From assembly GCA_040219255.1 (NCBI GenBank), contig JAVJSW010000049.1:1-64000 (forward strand): 64,000 nt of DNA. The letters run 5' to 3'. Below the pieces are notes generated by a model. It was given only the letters and a program-made list of their open reading frames with translations, searched no databases and was not told where the DNA came from. Shown here piece after piece: positions 7,246 to 17,079 of the stretch. How positions within the stretch are numbered: position 1 is the stretch's first letter; every line of letters begins with the position of its first letter. A program made the translations under genes and the position numbers. The stretch is from Sumerlaeia bacterium. Its GTDB lineage: Bacteria; Sumerlaeota; Sumerlaeia; SLMS01; JAHLLQ01.

Positions 7246-9612
7246 TCAAGCACAATGAAAGGGGAGCTCCTCCGGCTCCACCTTCCCCGCCCCCTTCCAT
7301 GGAACCGCGGGATCGCAGTCGTAGGCCTTTGACATCAGCACCCGCACGCCTTCAGCGATTTCCTCCGTCCATTCGTCGAGGAACCGCTGCGCCTTTTCGC
7401 CGTCCTTGTAGTGCGAGACCATGTACCGCTGGAACTGGCGGAAGTCCTGCCGGGTCGCGTAGCCTTGGCTACGAATTTGCCGGACCAGCCCGTCGATGTC
7501 GTGACCGCCATGAGGGTAAGGGGCGATGAGGGGCATCGTGTTGGCATCGATCAGCCGGTACGAATCCGCCACCTCGGGGAACCTCAGGTGCGTGGTCATC
7601 TCCTTGAGTATGCCCTTGGCGTCGAGGCCGGAATAGCTTCCCCCGGCTTTGGCCGAGCTGAACGCGCGCTCGATCACGTGCCGCGAGTATTGGCTGAAGA
7701 CGCCGGGGTCGTGCAGGTCGGGCTGGGCGGATTTTAACCAATTGCGGACCGCCTCGATGCCATTCTTGTAGGCCCGGTCCCGCGGATACCACGCCCCATC
7801 GCCGGTCGGTGGTTGAAACACCACAACGCGCCCGCGCCGGTCGTTGCCAAGCTCGCCGTTGCGGTTGCAGCGCCCCGCCGCCTGGATGATGCCCTCCATG
7901 GGGGCCATGGCCCGGTAGGCTATTGGAAAACTTATATCTACCCCTGCCTCAATCGCTTGTGTGGAAAAAAGCAGCACCGGTTCCCCCGCCGCCAGGCGCC
8001 GCTTCGCCTCGGCCAGGACCGCAGTCCGGTGCTCGGCGCATTGGGCGGCGGAGAACAGCAGCGCCTCCTCGCCAAATCCTTCCGCGACCCGCTGCACGTG
8101 CTTTTTGGTGTTCATGACGCAGAGCGCGGCGCCATGGGTTTCGAGTTCTCCGCGAAGCCGCGCCCGCAACTCCTCCCATCCCACTTCTTCGGTCGCTTGG
8201 GTGAAGTCGTAATCCACGCGCGCCATCGTCTGGAACAGGCCGGGCAGCTCGGGTTCGGGCACGATGTGGCGGACGTCTTTCAAGCCATCGAAACTCTGGC
8301 CTTTGAATCCCGAGAGCCGGGAATTTAGCGCCGGTTGCGTGGCGGATGAGAGAACGACGCTGCACCCCATCACATCGCGCAGGGCCTCGATGGCCTTCAC
8401 CGTCGGCGCCAGCAAATCCATCGGCAGTGTCTGCACCTCGTCGAAGACGACGATGGAGCGCCCCGCGTTGTGCAGCTTACGGAGCTTGGTCGCCCGGTGC
8501 GCGAAGAGCGTTTCCAGGAATTGGACGCTGGTGGTGACCACCACGGGAGCGTCCCAGTTTTCCGCACCGTTGCTCGCGCGGCGCTCGCGAGGGCTCTTCT
8601 CGTCATCGTCCACCAGTTCGACGGAGGAATGGTGCTCCAGGACCACATCGTCCCCCAAGAGTTCCCGGTAAACGCGCGCGTTTTGCTCGATGATCGAGAG
8701 GTAGGGGATCACCACGATGATGCGGCGGAAGCCGTACTCTGGATAGGCCAAGGCGTGCCGCAGGGCGAAGTTGAGGGCAGCCAGGGTCTTGCCGCCCCCC
8801 GTCGGCACCGTCAGTGTGAACAGCCCCGGCGTCAGGGAGGCCGCCTCTGTGGTGGCGCGTAGGATTTCCGAGCGGCACCGCGCCATGACCGATTCGCTCG
8901 CTGGGAAGGATTCGTAGCGGGCCTCGAGTTTCTTGAGAAAGGCCGCCGCGTCGAACGGGGCAAAGGCTTCTCGCCGCCACACGGCGTTAGCGGCCTGCTC
9001 GGCGAACTCCTCGGAATTGAGCCGGTCCGCATCGACAAGGGCGCTGAGAATGGTGCGGATGAAGAGCATCTGAGAGAATGGCTCGCCCCGCTTCTCGTTC
9101 ATCCACGGGCGAAGTTCGCCTTGGGCTTTGGCGAAGTCGTCCCTCAATTGGTCGAGCGAGCAGGTCTTCTGTATTTCGCGGAATGCCTCGGCACAGACGC
9201 CACCCCTGTCAGCGATGAGATCGACAAGGCCGGCGCGAGTCTTCAGTCCGGAATGATGCGCCGCGATCGCGAAGGACGCGATCATGGACCCGCCGAATTG
9301 CGGGAAGGCGTACGCCCCGTGCGCCGCGTGGGGCGGACAATCAAGCCCCTCGGCGATCGCCCGCTGCCACTTGGGGTGCGCCTTTCCCAAATCGTGCAGA
9401 AGCCCTACCAACAGCCCTAACTCCATCCACTCATCGCCCAAACTGTCGGCCAGAGATTGCCCTGTTCTCTCACCGACAGCTACCGAGTGAGCTTCAAGTG
9501 TTTGAAACAGCCCGATATCCGTAGTTCGGGCAATCAGGTCAGGAGGAAAATAGTTTCGCGTTCTTGTCATTTCTCTACTCCCGCAAGATTTGGCTCTGAG
9601 TTTGTTGTACAC
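7246..9612 (-). CDS. cas3: Cas3 HD nuclease-helicase
   Basis: HD domain (LHDLGK, HHSGL, LVDAD), Walker A TVPTGGGKT, DEVQ, SSAT, QAAGRCNR. The exact start is uncertain. Confidence 0.96.
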   Translation of the reverse strand: MYNKLRAKSCGSREMTRTRNYFPPDLIARTTDIGLFQTLEAHSVAVGERTGQSLADSLGDEWMELGLLVGLLHDLGKAHPKWQRAIAEGLDCPPHAAHGAYAFPQFGGSMIASFAIAAHHSGLKTRAGLVDLIADRGGVCAEAFREIQKTCSLDQLRDDFAKAQGELRPWMNEKRGEPFSQMLFIRTILSALVDADRLNSEEFAEQAANAVWRREAFAPFDAAAFLKKLEARYESFPASESVMARCRSEILRATTEAASLTPGLFTLTVPTGGGKTLAALNFALRHALAYPEYGFRRIIVVIPYLSIIEQNARVYRELLGDDVVLEHHSSVELVDDDEKSPRERRASNGAENWDAPVVVTTSVQFLETLFAHRATKLRKLHNAGRSIVVFDEVQTLPMDLLAPTVKAIEALRDVMGCSVVLSSATQPALNSRLSGFKGQSFDGLKDVRHIVPEPELPGLFQTMARVDYDFTQATEEVGWEELRARLRGELETHGAALCVMNTKKHVQRVAEGFGEEALLFSAAQCAEHRTAVLAEAKRRLAAGEPVLLFSTQAIEAGVDISFPIAYRAMAPMEGIIQAAGRCNRNGELGNDRRGRVVVFQPPTGDGAWYPRDRAYKNGIEAVRNWLKSAQPDLHDPGVFSQYSRHVIERAFSSAKAGGSYSGLDAKGILKEMTTHLRFPEVADSYRLIDANTMPLIAPYPHGGHDIDGLVRQIRSQGYATRQDFRQFQRYMVSHYKDGEKAQRFLDEWTEEIAEGVRVLMSKAYDCDPAVPWKGAGKVEPEELPFHCA

Positions 9613-9804
9613 TGCCCCACTGGCCTCAATGGGGTCGATCCCTGAGTGACTGTGACTTCTGATTCTCTAGCCCGCTCATCTTGTCTCACGCATAATGGCA
9701 TCCCAGCGAAACGGCAAGAGCCCGATTTGACAAGCTCAACCTGCCCCCCTCGATGCCTTCACCGCCCGGTACATCGCTTATCCGGAAGAGGAAGGCCGCT
9801 CGCC

Positions 9805-10308
9805 ATGGAAAACCACGTCAGCCACACGCCAAGCCCAACCCAAGCCCTTCAGGCCTACAACGCCTCCATGGCGGCCGCCCGTGCCCACAAAGAGGCGGGG
9901 CTTCTCGACCAAGCCAGCGCCTGTCTGCTCTGCGCCTCCGCCGCTCTTCAATCCCTCGCCGGCCACCGCGAAACGGCGAACCGGCCAAGCACCGCCTCCC
10001 CTGCCCAGCCGCTCAAGCCGAAGCGTGCTTCCCTGCCCCCCAGCCTCGCGCCCCGGACGAAACCCTCGGCGCCGAAGCCTTCGGACTCGCCGAAAAGCCT
10101 GTTCATTCCCGAGGCCGAGCGCACCCGCATTCGCCGCTGCCTGGGCCAATGCCTGACCGAACTCGGCGATCACGTCGGCAAGACCATCGCCTACGATGAT
10201 CGAGGCAACACCCACACGGTGCAAGACGCCGAGACGCTGGCTCGTTTGCTTTACTCGAAGAGCGAACTTACGCCCGCAAAGCGCAAGTACCTCGGCCTTC
10301 CCGCCTGA
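9805..10308 (+). CDS. Hypothetical phage protein
   Basis: 167-aa ORF from MENHVS with purine-rich RBS and an upstream GTACAT motif shared with tail genes. Confidence 0.6.
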   Translation: MENHVSHTPSPTQALQAYNASMAAARAHKEAGLLDQASACLLCASAALQSLAGHRETANRPSTASPAQPLKPKRASLPPSLAPRTKPSAPKPSDSPKSLFIPEAERTRIRRCLGQCLTELGDHVGKTIAYDDRGNTHTVQDAETLARLLYSKSELTPAKRKYLGLPA

Positions 10309-10398
10309 CACCGCCCAAGACCGCCTCCGACGAGCCCGTGGCCGAAGCCAGCGCCTGGGCCAAGTCGGTCTCCTGACCCGGGAACATAGACGACCCGG

Positions 10399-11070
10399 GG
10401 GCACGCCCTCCCGGAAAAGGGGAGGACACAGCCCCCCCTCTTGAGGGACACGCCCATCTAACCTAATAAAAATCAATCGTTTGGATCCTCAAGGCGGCCC
10501 TCCACGAGACCCCCGGGACACACCCCCTTTTGGGCCGGGGACACGCCCTCCTCGCTATTGAAAACGTTAGACTTACAGGGACGACTCTGGGTCAAGCCGG
10601 CGGAGAGCCAGCCTAAAAAGGCGGACACACCCTCGGACACACCCCCCAATTCCCCGCAAACCCTCACCCCGCCTACGTTTCAGAATGGCGAACAAAAATC
10701 GAAAGGGCATACCCTGCGGCGCACATTCAAAAGAAGGGTTAAAAACAATGGTGGTTGGTAGTACTTAGCTCCCCAAGGGAACGCCCCCCCTCGGCGAACG
10801 CCGCCTCCTCCACCAACCACCATTTTCGCCTGGCGGCGTTTTTCGCCCCAATAATTGCCACGGCAAGCCCCCAAGGACTTGCACAGACGCCCAACGTCGT
10901 CGAAACGCGGCCTCCGGCGAGGCATTCGTCGCGGGAAGAAGAGATCGGCCGAGAAATCACCCCAAATCGCGTTTTTGGATTCTTGACCCCGCCAGGCTGT
11001 CTTCACCCGCCCTCCGACCTTCCGATTTGCTGGCCACCGCCCCGGTACATGACTCCCGGAGGGCACGCCC
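10399..11070 (+). repeat. Cluster of direct repeats GG(A/G)CA(C/T)(A/G)CCC in non-coding DNA (iteron- or arm-like)
   Basis: Copies at 10399, 10446, 10516, 10539, 10623, 10635, 10705 and 11061, plus a variant at 10424, all in one orientation with AT-rich patches between. Confidence 0.75.
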
Positions 11071-11115
11071 CCCCTTGCCCCCTTCACCATTCGCCAACGT
11101 CACCGAGGTTTGACC

Positions 11116-11886
11116 ATGATCGAAACGCCGACCTATCCCGAAAGCGACTCCGTCGTCCTCCCGAGCGGGGCCGTCGCCTGCTGCTCTGAAATCACCGGCC
11201 AGGACCAGGCCGCCCTCTCCTCGCGCAACGCCGACAGGAACGGCTCCATCAGCGCCGTGCTCTCCCGCCGCGTCACCCTCGACGGCGAGAAGCTCTCATC
11301 CGAAGAATGGAACGCCGCCCTCGAATGCGACCGGGTCGTGGCCCTCGTGCACCTCCGCCGCGTTTCCTTCGGCAACGAGGTCGAGGTCGACGTGCGCTGC
11401 CAGGAATGCGACGCCAAGACCCGCCACATCGTCGAATTCACTGAAGAGGACTACCGCCGGTTCACGCCGCCACCCCACGGCTCCAGGCGCCGCATCATCA
11501 TCGAAGCCCGGGACCGACACTTCGCCGCCGACGTCCGGACCGGCGAGGTGGACGAACGCGCCATCAAGGCCCGCGGCGAGCGCGACGTGCTGACCCTGCT
11601 GCGCGCCCGCCGCCTGCAGGTCGTCGACGGGCCGGACGCAAAGCTCGACCAGGAGGTCCGCCGCCCGCTCAATCCCGCCATGCTCACGGCCCGGGAAATC
11701 GCCGTCATCGAGCGCGCCCTCATGGCCGCCGACGCGATGCCGGATTTCTCCGTAGAGATCGAGTGCCCGGCCTGCGGCGCGGTGGCCAAGGTGGACGCCC
11801 GGGCGACGCCGGGTTTTTTCTTCCCGCACTTGATCGAGGAGGCGACCCCCGCGAGGACGCCTTCTTCCTCGCCTACGGAGGCCTAG
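11116..11886 (+). CDS. Tail/baseplate assembly chaperone, T4 gp26-like, with two CxxC motifs
   Basis: VVLPSG start, DRVVALVHLRRVSFG.EV, CQEC and CPACG, ending ...PGFFFP; located upstream of the tape measure. Confidence 0.75.
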   Translation: MIETPTYPESDSVVLPSGAVACCSEITGQDQAALSSRNADRNGSISAVLSRRVTLDGEKLSSEEWNAALECDRVVALVHLRRVSFGNEVEVDVRCQECDAKTRHIVEFTEEDYRRFTPPPHGSRRRIIIEARDRHFAADVRTGEVDERAIKARGERDVLTLLRARRLQVVDGPDAKLDQEVRRPLNPAMLTAREIAVIERALMAADAMPDFSVEIECPACGAVAKVDARATPGFFFPHLIEEATPARTPSSSPTEA

Positions 11887-12008
11887 GCTGGTCCGAGGCG
11901 GAGGTCCTGGCCATGCCGGTCAGCCGCCGCCTCTGGTACATCGAGCGGCTCCACCGCCAGATCGAGGCGGAAAAGAGTCGAGCGTCGAAGAAGAGGGGTG
12001 GGCGTTAG
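11811..12008 (+). CDS. -1 frameshift extension of the tail chaperone (GpE'/gpGT-like)
   Basis: Slippery G GGT TTT TTC at 11811-11820. The -1 frame encodes FFLAYGGLGWSEAEVLAMPVSRRLWYIERL and has no good start of its own. Confidence 0.75.
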   Translation, partial: GFFLPALDRGGDPREDAFFLAYGGLGWSEAEVLAMPVSRRLWYIERLHRQIEAEKSRASKKRGGR

Positions 12009-12009
12009 G

Positions 12010-12615
12010 TCATTCGACCATCCCTAAGAAATTCCCGTCAACTGAGTACCTTGCAGACACCGTTTGGGTGACTGTTCCACCAAATGCGTTCTTACCACGA
12101 AATCGTGTTGTGACGATGATACTAAAATCTTCCGCATCCACCCAATCGCTGGACACATGCTCAAAGCTTTTTGGATCGTTCATCGCCAACTTGATGCGTG
12201 AGACAAGATCGACATGGGCTCCGCTCCAACTTGAAAATTGACTACGGATTTTTTCTTGTCGCTCCTCGTAGCTAGATCCACCATAGGCGATTCGTCGTTT
12301 CTTTGCGCTCTCCGCCATGTCCAACAACGAACGAATGGCTTCATTTTCCGGTTCAAGTTCACTCATTCGTCGCAGAGCCTGAAGGCCCTCTTCACTGTCC
12401 TGGCCCATTTGGTCAAGCGTCGCCTTAAGTTTGGTCATTTCCTCTTCAGGCGTTATGACCTGGGTTTCTTCTGCCGCCGACTCCACTGGTGGTAGGAAGC
12501 TTGCCAGGATTAGTCCAACAAAGCAAAACGCGAAGGTCGCCAAGACCACGGCTCCGACAGAAATCAGGATCGCCATCCTGGTCTGGTTCTTCCTGCGCTT
12601 TTCATGTTCGATCAT
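12010..12615 (-). CDS. Membrane-anchored phage accessory protein, co-transcribed with the repressor
   Basis: ATGA overlap with the repressor stop; N-terminal TM helix; C-terminal MNDPKSFEHV...FRGKNAFGG; lower GC than its neighbours. Confidence 0.75.
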   Translation of the reverse strand: MIEHEKRRKNQTRMAILISVGAVVLATFAFCFVGLILASFLPPVESAAEETQVITPEEEMTKLKATLDQMGQDSEEGLQALRRMSELEPENEAIRSLLDMAESAKKRRIAYGGSSYEERQEKIRSQFSSWSGAHVDLVSRIKLAMNDPKSFEHVSSDWVDAEDFSIIVTTRFRGKNAFGGTVTQTVSARYSVDGNFLGMVE

Positions 12616-12995
12616 TGCTCGCCGCCTCCGGTATGCTGCTGGCTTTCGGCAATCACGCCCTGGATCGTCCTCAAGGCCCCCTTGAGGGCTTCGTTTTCCG
12701 CCGTCAGGCGTTCGTTTTCCACCAGCAGGCGTTCGTTTTCCGCCGTTAGGCGTTCGATTTCCCGATTTTCCCCTTGGCTGGTTGTCCATGAGGGCAGCGC
12801 TCGCCGAAAATCGCCCCCCATGTACTCTAGAATTTTGAGCAAGTACGGCAGTTTGGGCATGTCTCCGGATAGCCAGGTATAAACCGCTGGTCGGGATGCC
12901 CCAGCCAAGTCGCCAAGCTGGCGGATTCCCCCAGCCTTGTCTTTGGCTGAGACAATGAGGTCGGTGATTTCTTTCTCTAAGTCTTGATTTTCCAA
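12612..12995 (-). CDS. HTH transcriptional repressor (cI-like) with coiled-coil C-terminus
   Basis: GIRQLGDLAGASRPAVYTWLSG HTH; ERLTAEN/ERLLVEN/ERLTAEN heptads; divergent from the cro-like gene. Confidence 0.8.
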   Translation of the reverse strand: MENQDLEKEITDLIVSAKDKAGGIRQLGDLAGASRPAVYTWLSGDMPKLPYLLKILEYMGGDFRRALPSWTTSQGENREIERLTAENERLLVENERLTAENEALKGALRTIQGVIAESQQHTGGGEQ

Positions 12996-13124
12996 TTTCC
13001 TACAACCTTGCCATGCCGACCATGAAATTTTTCCTTCACTTTTCGCTTGTCGAAGTGTCAGAATTGTTACACAACGTCTCCATCAGCGCACCCGAAACAC
13101 CACACCACGCTAGGAATACCCCGA

Positions 13125-13319
13125 ATGACCAAGGACCTTGACGAAATCAGAAACCGCATCCGCAACCATTCTGTCGCACGTATCTCGAAGCTCTCAGGCG
13201 TCTCGCGCCCCAACATCGCCAACATCCGCGACGGCATCAACCTCAACCCCGGCATCCTGACCCTCAACGCCATTCAAAAGGCCATCGACCGACTCGACAA
13301 CCCCGAACCGGCTTCGTAG
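13125..13319 (+). CDS. Cro-like small HTH protein
   Basis: 64 aa, SVARISKLSGVSRPNIANIRDG..NPGILTL. Confidence 0.8.
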   Translation: MTKDLDEIRNRIRNHSVARISKLSGVSRPNIANIRDGINLNPGILTLNAIQKAIDRLDNPEPAS

Positions 13320-13413
13320 CACGCCAAACCGCCCACGGCCATGGCGATCGAAGCCCATAGCGCCCGGAACACCCTCCGGACGCAACGATAGAACTTTGCC
13401 CAGGAGGCCAAGC

Positions 13414-13914
13414 ATGAAAAATCCCAGCCCCGAATCCGGCCCCATGCGCTGGTACAAGACCCAAGGGAAACCGACCCCGGAGCCCTGTTACATGACCGTC
13501 ACGCAGATCCATGAACGCTACGGCATTCCAAAGGGCCTGCTCAATCTGAGACTCGCTCGTGGCCACTATCCTGGGGCCGTTTGCGTGCTGCACCCCAACA
13601 TCCGGATCGGATTTGTCTGGTGGATTCCCTCGCGATACTTCACCGAGTCCCCCGACCCCAACGCCCCAGCCGAGCGCAAGTCTGGCTGGTTTCAACCGAA
13701 AGCCTATCGCCGTCATCCCAAAGGCAAAGCATACTTGCGCGAGAACTACGTGACCGTCCGGGAAGCGGCGAAAATGACGGGGCTGTCTGTGAATGTCATC
13801 GCAGATAGGATCTACACTGGCATGTATCCCGACTGCATCATGATTGATCGGAAGACCCACGGGGCCTGCCGTCGGCGCTATATCCCGAAGAAGCATTTCG
13901 AAGGGAAATCGTAG
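13414..13914 (+). CDS. DNA-binding protein with two tandem excisionase-like (MerR/HTH_17-type) domains
   Basis: AGGAGG RBS; YMTVTQIHERYGI...GHYPG...WWIP and YVTVREAAKMTGLS...GMYPD...RYIP. Confidence 0.65.
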   Translation: MKNPSPESGPMRWYKTQGKPTPEPCYMTVTQIHERYGIPKGLLNLRLARGHYPGAVCVLHPNIRIGFVWWIPSRYFTESPDPNAPAERKSGWFQPKAYRRHPKGKAYLRENYVTVREAAKMTGLSVNVIADRIYTGMYPDCIMIDRKTHGACRRRYIPKKHFEGKS

Positions 13915-13977
13915 TAGACCCCTAGGCCAGACCGCAACCCCCAACCAACAGCCCGCAAGCCCAGGAGTGAATCTCTC

Positions 13978-14436
13978 ATGTCAGATTCCAGTGCTACATC
14001 CATGCCCGCCAGCCGGATCGAAGGCATACTGCTCACATCCACCAAGGCCCACGCACTTGCCAAGAATATCCGCCAAGCTATCGGCCTCGCAACCAAGACG
14101 TCGAACAAGACAAGGCTCCTCGACGAGTTCTGCGGTGTCGCCCTCGAAGCCGACCGCTATCTCATGGCCTTCGAGTCCGCCGTTCAGGAACTTCTCGACG
14201 AAATCGAGTCGGACCGCGATGAGGTACTCCAAGCTTGCGGGCGCGATCAGTATGAACTTGCCATAGCCTCTCTCGACGCTCTGATGGCCATCGCGCGCGA
14301 TGGGTATGCCATTACTTTGAGCATCGACTGCCGTCGCCCCATCAGAAGTCTCCCCACCCTCCGACTCATCTCCAACTACCTAGACCTGATCGGCGCTGGT
14401 GTTGAAGGTGTTATCGGCTACTTTGACGGAGCGTAA
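13978..14436 (+). CDS. Hypothetical phage protein
   Basis: 152-aa helical-looking ORF with AGGAG RBS. Confidence 0.65.
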   Translation: MSDSSATSMPASRIEGILLTSTKAHALAKNIRQAIGLATKTSNKTRLLDEFCGVALEADRYLMAFESAVQELLDEIESDRDEVLQACGRDQYELAIASLDALMAIARDGYAITLSIDCRRPIRSLPTLRLISNYLDLIGAGVEGVIGYFDGA

Positions 14437-14541
14437 CGTTACATCTCAATACCGCCACGCGGTGCCGATGGCGCAGCCGCTGCGGGCTTTCCGAAGCCTC
14501 TCTAGTACATAGCACGGGAAACCTATAAAGGAGGTTCTCTC

Positions 14542-17025
14542 ATGCTCGGTGGCCTCTCCTCCCAATTCGGCCTCGGCGCCGTCATCACGCTGAAAGACCA
14601 GTTCTCGCAAACGGCCAACCGCGTCGGCGGGAAGATGACCCAACTCGCCCAGGGCTCGTCGGCGATGGCGGCGGCGGTGGAGAAATCGCTTGGCCGGATG
14701 AAACTCGGCTTTTCCTTGCTTGGCGCTGGAACCGCCCTTATCGCCGGGATGGCCGGGCTCGTGGCGGCGACCTTTGAGGGCCAGGAAGCCCTGGCAGCCC
14801 TGAGCTCGCTGGGGGTCGAGGACCTTGAGGCGGTGCGGCGCAAGGCGCTGCAATTCTCAAACGACTTCTCCGGGCTTTCCGCCCCCTCCATCATTCGGTC
14901 GGCCTACGACATCCAGAGCGCGATTTCGACGCTCAGCCCCGACGAGCTCGCGGAGTTCGCCTCCATTTCCGCCCTGACGGCGAAGGCCACGAAGGCCAGT
15001 GCCGACGAAATGGTCCTGCTCTTCACCACGGCTTCGGACGTCTATTCGAGCTTTCGCAAAGAAGTCGGAAACATCGAGTTCGCGCAGCAGCTCTCAGGCG
15101 CGACCGCCGCGACCGTCCAGGGCTTCCGCACCACCGGCCGCCAGCTCTCCGACGCCCTGAAGAACCTGGGCAAGGAGGCCTCGCTGGCCAACGTGCCCTT
15201 GGCCGAGCAGTTCGCCATCCTCGGCGCCCTGCAGGCCTCCATGCCCGGCGCCGAGGCCGGCACCGGCTACAAGGCCTTGATGACCACGATTTCCCGCGGC
15301 GCAAAGGAGCTGGGCGTCGAGGCGACGAACGCCGAGGGGCACCTCCTGGCCATGCCGGACATCCTCGACAAGATCAGGGCGAAGTTCCCCGACATCGCCA
15401 ACCAGGACGTGTCCGACCGCTTGCGTGAGGCCTTTGGCTCGGAGGAGGCGGTTAAGGCCATCAAGAACCTGCTCGAGCAGAGCGAGACGCTCCGCGATTC
15501 GACCGAGGCGATTGAGGCGTCCATGAAGGGCGGGTCGGCCCTGACGCTCAAAATGGCCAGAGCCCTGGACGCCGGAATTGGTGAGCAATTCGCCCTCGTC
15601 GGGCAGCAGTTCATGAATTTTCTTGCAAATATCGGCGGCAACCTCCTCCCTGTGGCCGAGCCGTTCGTCAGTGTCCTGCAGGCGGCCGTCCTGGCGGCCC
15701 AGGCCCTGGCCGAGCGTTTCCCAAAGCTGACCCAAACGATCCTCATTCTCGCGGCCGCCTTCGGAGCGACGTTGGTGGGGGTGGGTGCTCTCCTCGCTAT
15801 CTACGGCGCGTTGGGCCTCGTGATCCCGCTCGTCTCTTCGGCCCTCGCCTCCATGGGCGTTATCGCGGCGGGCACTACGGTGGCACTCGGGCCACTGCTT
15901 GCCGGCCTCGGCGCTATCGTGGCAGTCGTCGCGGCGGTGATCGGCGCCGCCTATCTGCTCTCGCGGGCGTACACTTCGAACCTCGGCGGAATTCGCGACG
16001 CCGTCGAGGGCGTTTGGGGGCGCGTTCAGGCGGTGTGGGCGGGGCTCAAGGAAGTTTTCGGCTCCATCACCGACGGGGTGGGGACGCTTTCGGAGGAAAC
16101 TTACGCCAAGCTGGGCGAGAGCGGGATGCTGGGCATATTCCTTGGGCTGGTGAAAGTCGCCTATCGGGTACGCCAGTTCGTGGTCGGCATGTTTGGGGCG
16201 ATTCGCACCGCCCTGGCCGAGGCGAAAGGCCTCCTGGCCCCGGCCTTCGCGGAGTGGCGGGCGGCGGTTGTTCAGGTCTTCGAAGCCCTGCTCCCGATCT
16301 GGGTGGCGCTCGAGCCGCTCCGCCGCGCCCTCGGGCGCCTGATGGGCGACGGCGACAGTGCCGCGTCGGTCGGCCGCTTCATCGGCCGGGTGCTGGGGGC
16401 TGTCGCCGTCATCGTGGCGCAGAACCTCACGACCTCGCTGAAGGCCGCCGCCTGGGTCATCGAAAACGTTCTCGTGCCCGCTTTCCAGCTCGTCGGCTTC
16501 GTGGTGCAAAACTTCGTCATGCCAATCGTTGAGGGCATCGTGGGCACGGTCGGGCGGGCGCTCGACGCGGTCAAGGGCCTGATCGTCACCGCGGTCGACT
16601 ACCTGGGCAGCCTGGTCGACAACCTGCCGGCCTGGATGGTGCCCGACCGGCTGACCGAGGGCCTGCTGGCCGCGCGGCGGGCCGTCAAGGGATTGCGGGC
16701 GGAGGAGGAGCAGCGGCGTTCCGAGGGCACGGGGCTCGACTTTGGGGTGCCGAGTGCGCCCGTCGTGACTTCCCTCGGCTCGGGGCCGGCCGCGTCGGGC
16801 GAAGCGCGCAACCGGGAGGCGCTGGCGGAGTCGCGGGCGAACGTCGCCCAGGTCGTCGGGGCTGCCGCGGCCCGGGCGAGTCAGGAAAGCGCCGCCGCTG
16901 GCGGCCGGGACCGGCCCCTTGTAATCGAGGACCGAACCGAAACGCGCGTTTACCTCGACGGCCGCGAAATCAGCGCGGCGGTGGACCGGCACAACCGGTC
17001 GCGCGCGGCAAAGACCATGGACTAA
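14542..17025 (+). CDS. Phage tail tape measure protein (TP901-type core)
   Basis: LGAVITLKDQFS start, GFRTTGRQLSDAL, EQFAILGALQ..PGAEAGT, Ala/Leu-rich amphipathic repeats, C-terminal VYLDGREI; AAGGAGG RBS. Confidence 0.93.
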   Translation: MLGGLSSQFGLGAVITLKDQFSQTANRVGGKMTQLAQGSSAMAAAVEKSLGRMKLGFSLLGAGTALIAGMAGLVAATFEGQEALAALSSLGVEDLEAVRRKALQFSNDFSGLSAPSIIRSAYDIQSAISTLSPDELAEFASISALTAKATKASADEMVLLFTTASDVYSSFRKEVGNIEFAQQLSGATAATVQGFRTTGRQLSDALKNLGKEASLANVPLAEQFAILGALQASMPGAEAGTGYKALMTTISRGAKELGVEATNAEGHLLAMPDILDKIRAKFPDIANQDVSDRLREAFGSEEAVKAIKNLLEQSETLRDSTEAIEASMKGGSALTLKMARALDAGIGEQFALVGQQFMNFLANIGGNLLPVAEPFVSVLQAAVLAAQALAERFPKLTQTILILAAAFGATLVGVGALLAIYGALGLVIPLVSSALASMGVIAAGTTVALGPLLAGLGAIVAVVAAVIGAAYLLSRAYTSNLGGIRDAVEGVWGRVQAVWAGLKEVFGSITDGVGTLSEETYAKLGESGMLGIFLGLVKVAYRVRQFVVGMFGAIRTALAEAKGLLAPAFAEWRAAVVQVFEALLPIWVALEPLRRALGRLMGDGDSAASVGRFIGRVLGAVAVIVAQNLTTSLKAAAWVIENVLVPAFQLVGFVVQNFVMPIVEGIVGTVGRALDAVKGLIVTAVDYLGSLVDNLPAWMVPDRLTEGLLAARRAVKGLRAEEEQRRSEGTGLDFGVPSAPVVTSLGSGPAASGEARNREALAESRANVAQVVGAAAARASQESAAAGGRDRPLVIEDRTETRVYLDGREISAAVDRHNRSRAAKTMD

Positions 17026-17079
17026 GAGCCGCCGCGGCGGCGGTACATCGCCCGAGACCACCCGGGCGAGGCTTCCCCA

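Noticed and set aside
9613-11110. Second att copy of the tRNA-Gly 3' end
   Set aside because: Only TCAATGG (near 9626) is shared. No real duplication was seen.
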